Shown here: one piece after another, positions 53,707 through 55,112 of the stretch | Layout: each line of letters starts with the position of its first letter | Position numbering within the stretch: position 1 is the stretch's first letter | Assembly (NCBI GenBank): GCA_023231475.1 | Contig: JALJEE010001125.1 | Span: 1-55,112, forward strand | Source of the DNA: Seison nebaliae | Taxonomy: Eukaryota | Reading direction: 5' to 3' | DNA length: 55,112 nt | Position numbers and translations under genes: made by a program | Notes under the pieces: generated by a model | Database searches by the model: none | Seen by the model: only the letters and a program-made list of their open reading frames with translations | What the model was told of the DNA's origin: nothing

Positions 53707-53834
53707 GGTTGAAATTTAACGCTTTAATTTTAATATAAATTAACTCAATTTTCATTTTTTAAATATTTTATTCGATTTTTTGGTGCCAGTAAGCTTATTC
53801 CCGTCATGTACAGAAGTGTAGGTTGATAGTGAAG

Positions 53835-54236
53835 ATGATCGATTTGAAAGAGATTCATGATTTTATTAACGAGATTTCAAAGAAAATTCGTCAAAGTTCC
53901 AATTACCAACTGAGAGAAGAAGATGTGGAAAAGTTGTTGAGATATCGTGAACTGTTATCGGAGAAAGGCATAAGCGAAGACAAATTGGAAGTTGAGACAC
54001 CGAAGAAATTTTTCAGAGTTTAAGGATGACAAAAAATTCATTTTTTTTCATATTAGCCCATCATTAAAATTTTGTTTGTTTCTCATCATTTGTCTTTTTG
54101 TCTTCACAAGATTAAATCGAACGACCTTCGAACATTTGTTCGTAAGTTAAATGAGCAAATTAATCACGATGAAACTACAAATCACGAAACTCCAATAGCG
54201 AAAGCAGTTGATGAGGGAGAGTTGGAGAATAAATAA
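53835..54236 (+). CDS. Hypothetical small protein (2 exons)
   Basis: MIDLKEIHDFINEISKK...KKFFR joined in frame via a GTT...AG intron (54018-54110) to IKSNDLRTFVRKL...ENK*. Head-to-head with DDX51. Confidence 0.55.
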
Positions 54237-54503
54237 AAATTCTTAATCACATTGATGATTTATCACGACTTTGCACATGTCAAAGTTTCATTTATAGAAA
54301 TTGATCTTTTGATGATTTTACACAAAGTTACAATAAAAATGCAATGAACATAGTCAATAAATTAAAAGTTTATAGGATTTAGAGTCCGTCAAATAGACAT
54401 AGAGATTAAGAGGAAAGATAAAGTGGAAGGATTAATATAAAATGGACGAGGATTTGTGAATTAAATCATTATCATTTAGTTTTCTATTTGAATTATTCTA
54501 AAA

Positions 54504-55112
54504 ATGAGTAAAGTCATTAAAGCTTTCTTAGCCGCTTCCGACCTCGGAGGACAAGGAGGAGTAGAAGGACGTGGTGCTCAACACTACGGAGGTTCATCAT
54601 CTTCCGCCAGTTACTCCTCTTCATCATCATCATTCTCTAGTGGTGGTGGTGCCAGTGCTGAATTTGAAAGTTCATCATTCCAATCAGGAGGTGGAGCTGC
54701 TGATTATGGAAGTGCTGGAGCTTCTTTCGGTGCTGCCGATGCTTCTTTCGGTGGTGCTGAAGGTGGTGCATCATTCGGTGGAGCTGGTGAATCATCATCA
54801 TACAGTGCAGAAAGTTCATGGTCGAGCAATTCATCTTCTGATGGTGCCGCTAGTTTCGGTGGTGCTGCAGGATTCGGTGGAGCTGAAGGTGCTTCATACG
54901 GTTCAGCTGAATTCAGTTCATCTGGCGCAAGTTTCGGTGCCGCCGGGGGTGATGCTTCATCCGCTCAAGCTTCTCAAACAAATGTCCAATACAAAATTAA
55001 TTATGATCCAAATCCACAAGTTGTTCAAAAACAAAATGCTGAAGCTGTCACTTACAAACAAGAAGTTGCTGTAAGATATTTACAACCACCAACTCCACCA
55101 CCACCAGGTCCA
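54504..55112 (+). CDS. 3'-partial Gly/Ser/Ala-rich structural protein with DPNPQ...YKQEVAVRYLQPPTPPPPGP motif
   Basis: Open frame from ATG 54504 to the window end (203 codons; not listed in the ORF track because it has no stop in the window). Strong codon bias; no signal peptide evident. Confidence 0.85.
   Translation, partial: MSKVIKAFLAASDLGGQGGVEGRGAQHYGGSSSSASYSSSSSSFSSGGGASAEFESSSFQSGGGAADYGSAGASFGAADASFGGAEGGASFGGAGESSSYSAESSWSSNSSSDGAASFGGAAGFGGAEGASYGSAEFSSSGASFGAAGGDASSAQASQTNVQYKINYDPNPQVVQKQNAEAVTYKQEVAVRYLQPPTPPPPGP

Noticed and set aside
54571..55074. 167-aa Val/Leu/His-rich ORF from the ORF track
   Set aside because: Shadow frame of the real Gly/Ser-rich gene starting at 54504.

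Overview
AT-rich, compact eukaryotic (metazoan) genomic DNA with many very short (about 40-60 nt) spliceosomal introns, so most entries in the ORF track are exon fragments or antisense shadows. Genes recognisable by sequence motifs: POLR1E/RPA49-like, ZCCHC8, ZNF706, a class B (PTH-receptor-like) GPCR, ERICH2-like, Six1/2 homeobox, casein kinase 1 gamma, ZNRF1/2-like RING ligase, PEDS1/TMEM189, CFAP97-like, a tetraspanin, a CNG channel, a divergent USP-like protein, KRR1, OST4 (missing from the ORF track) and DDX51. There are also several orphan genes, a decayed piggyBac element and a Mutator/foldback-like MITE. The last gene carries a YLQPPTPPPPGP motif that I recall from rotifer proteins, which suggests a syndermatan source; this is inference only. 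The most striking observations are: (1) 5' splice sites are almost all GTT rather than GTRAG; (2) a microhomology-joined tandem-plus-inverted duplication creates two overlapping antisense genes that read one repeat as GGST on one strand and VEPP on the other; (3) two orphan paralogs sharing a PCIYSCGCRYKRS motif flank an intronless USP-like gene; (4) some same-strand genes are spaced as tightly as in operons, with unpaired splice acceptors. All exon structures were placed by hand and need RNA-seq confirmation.
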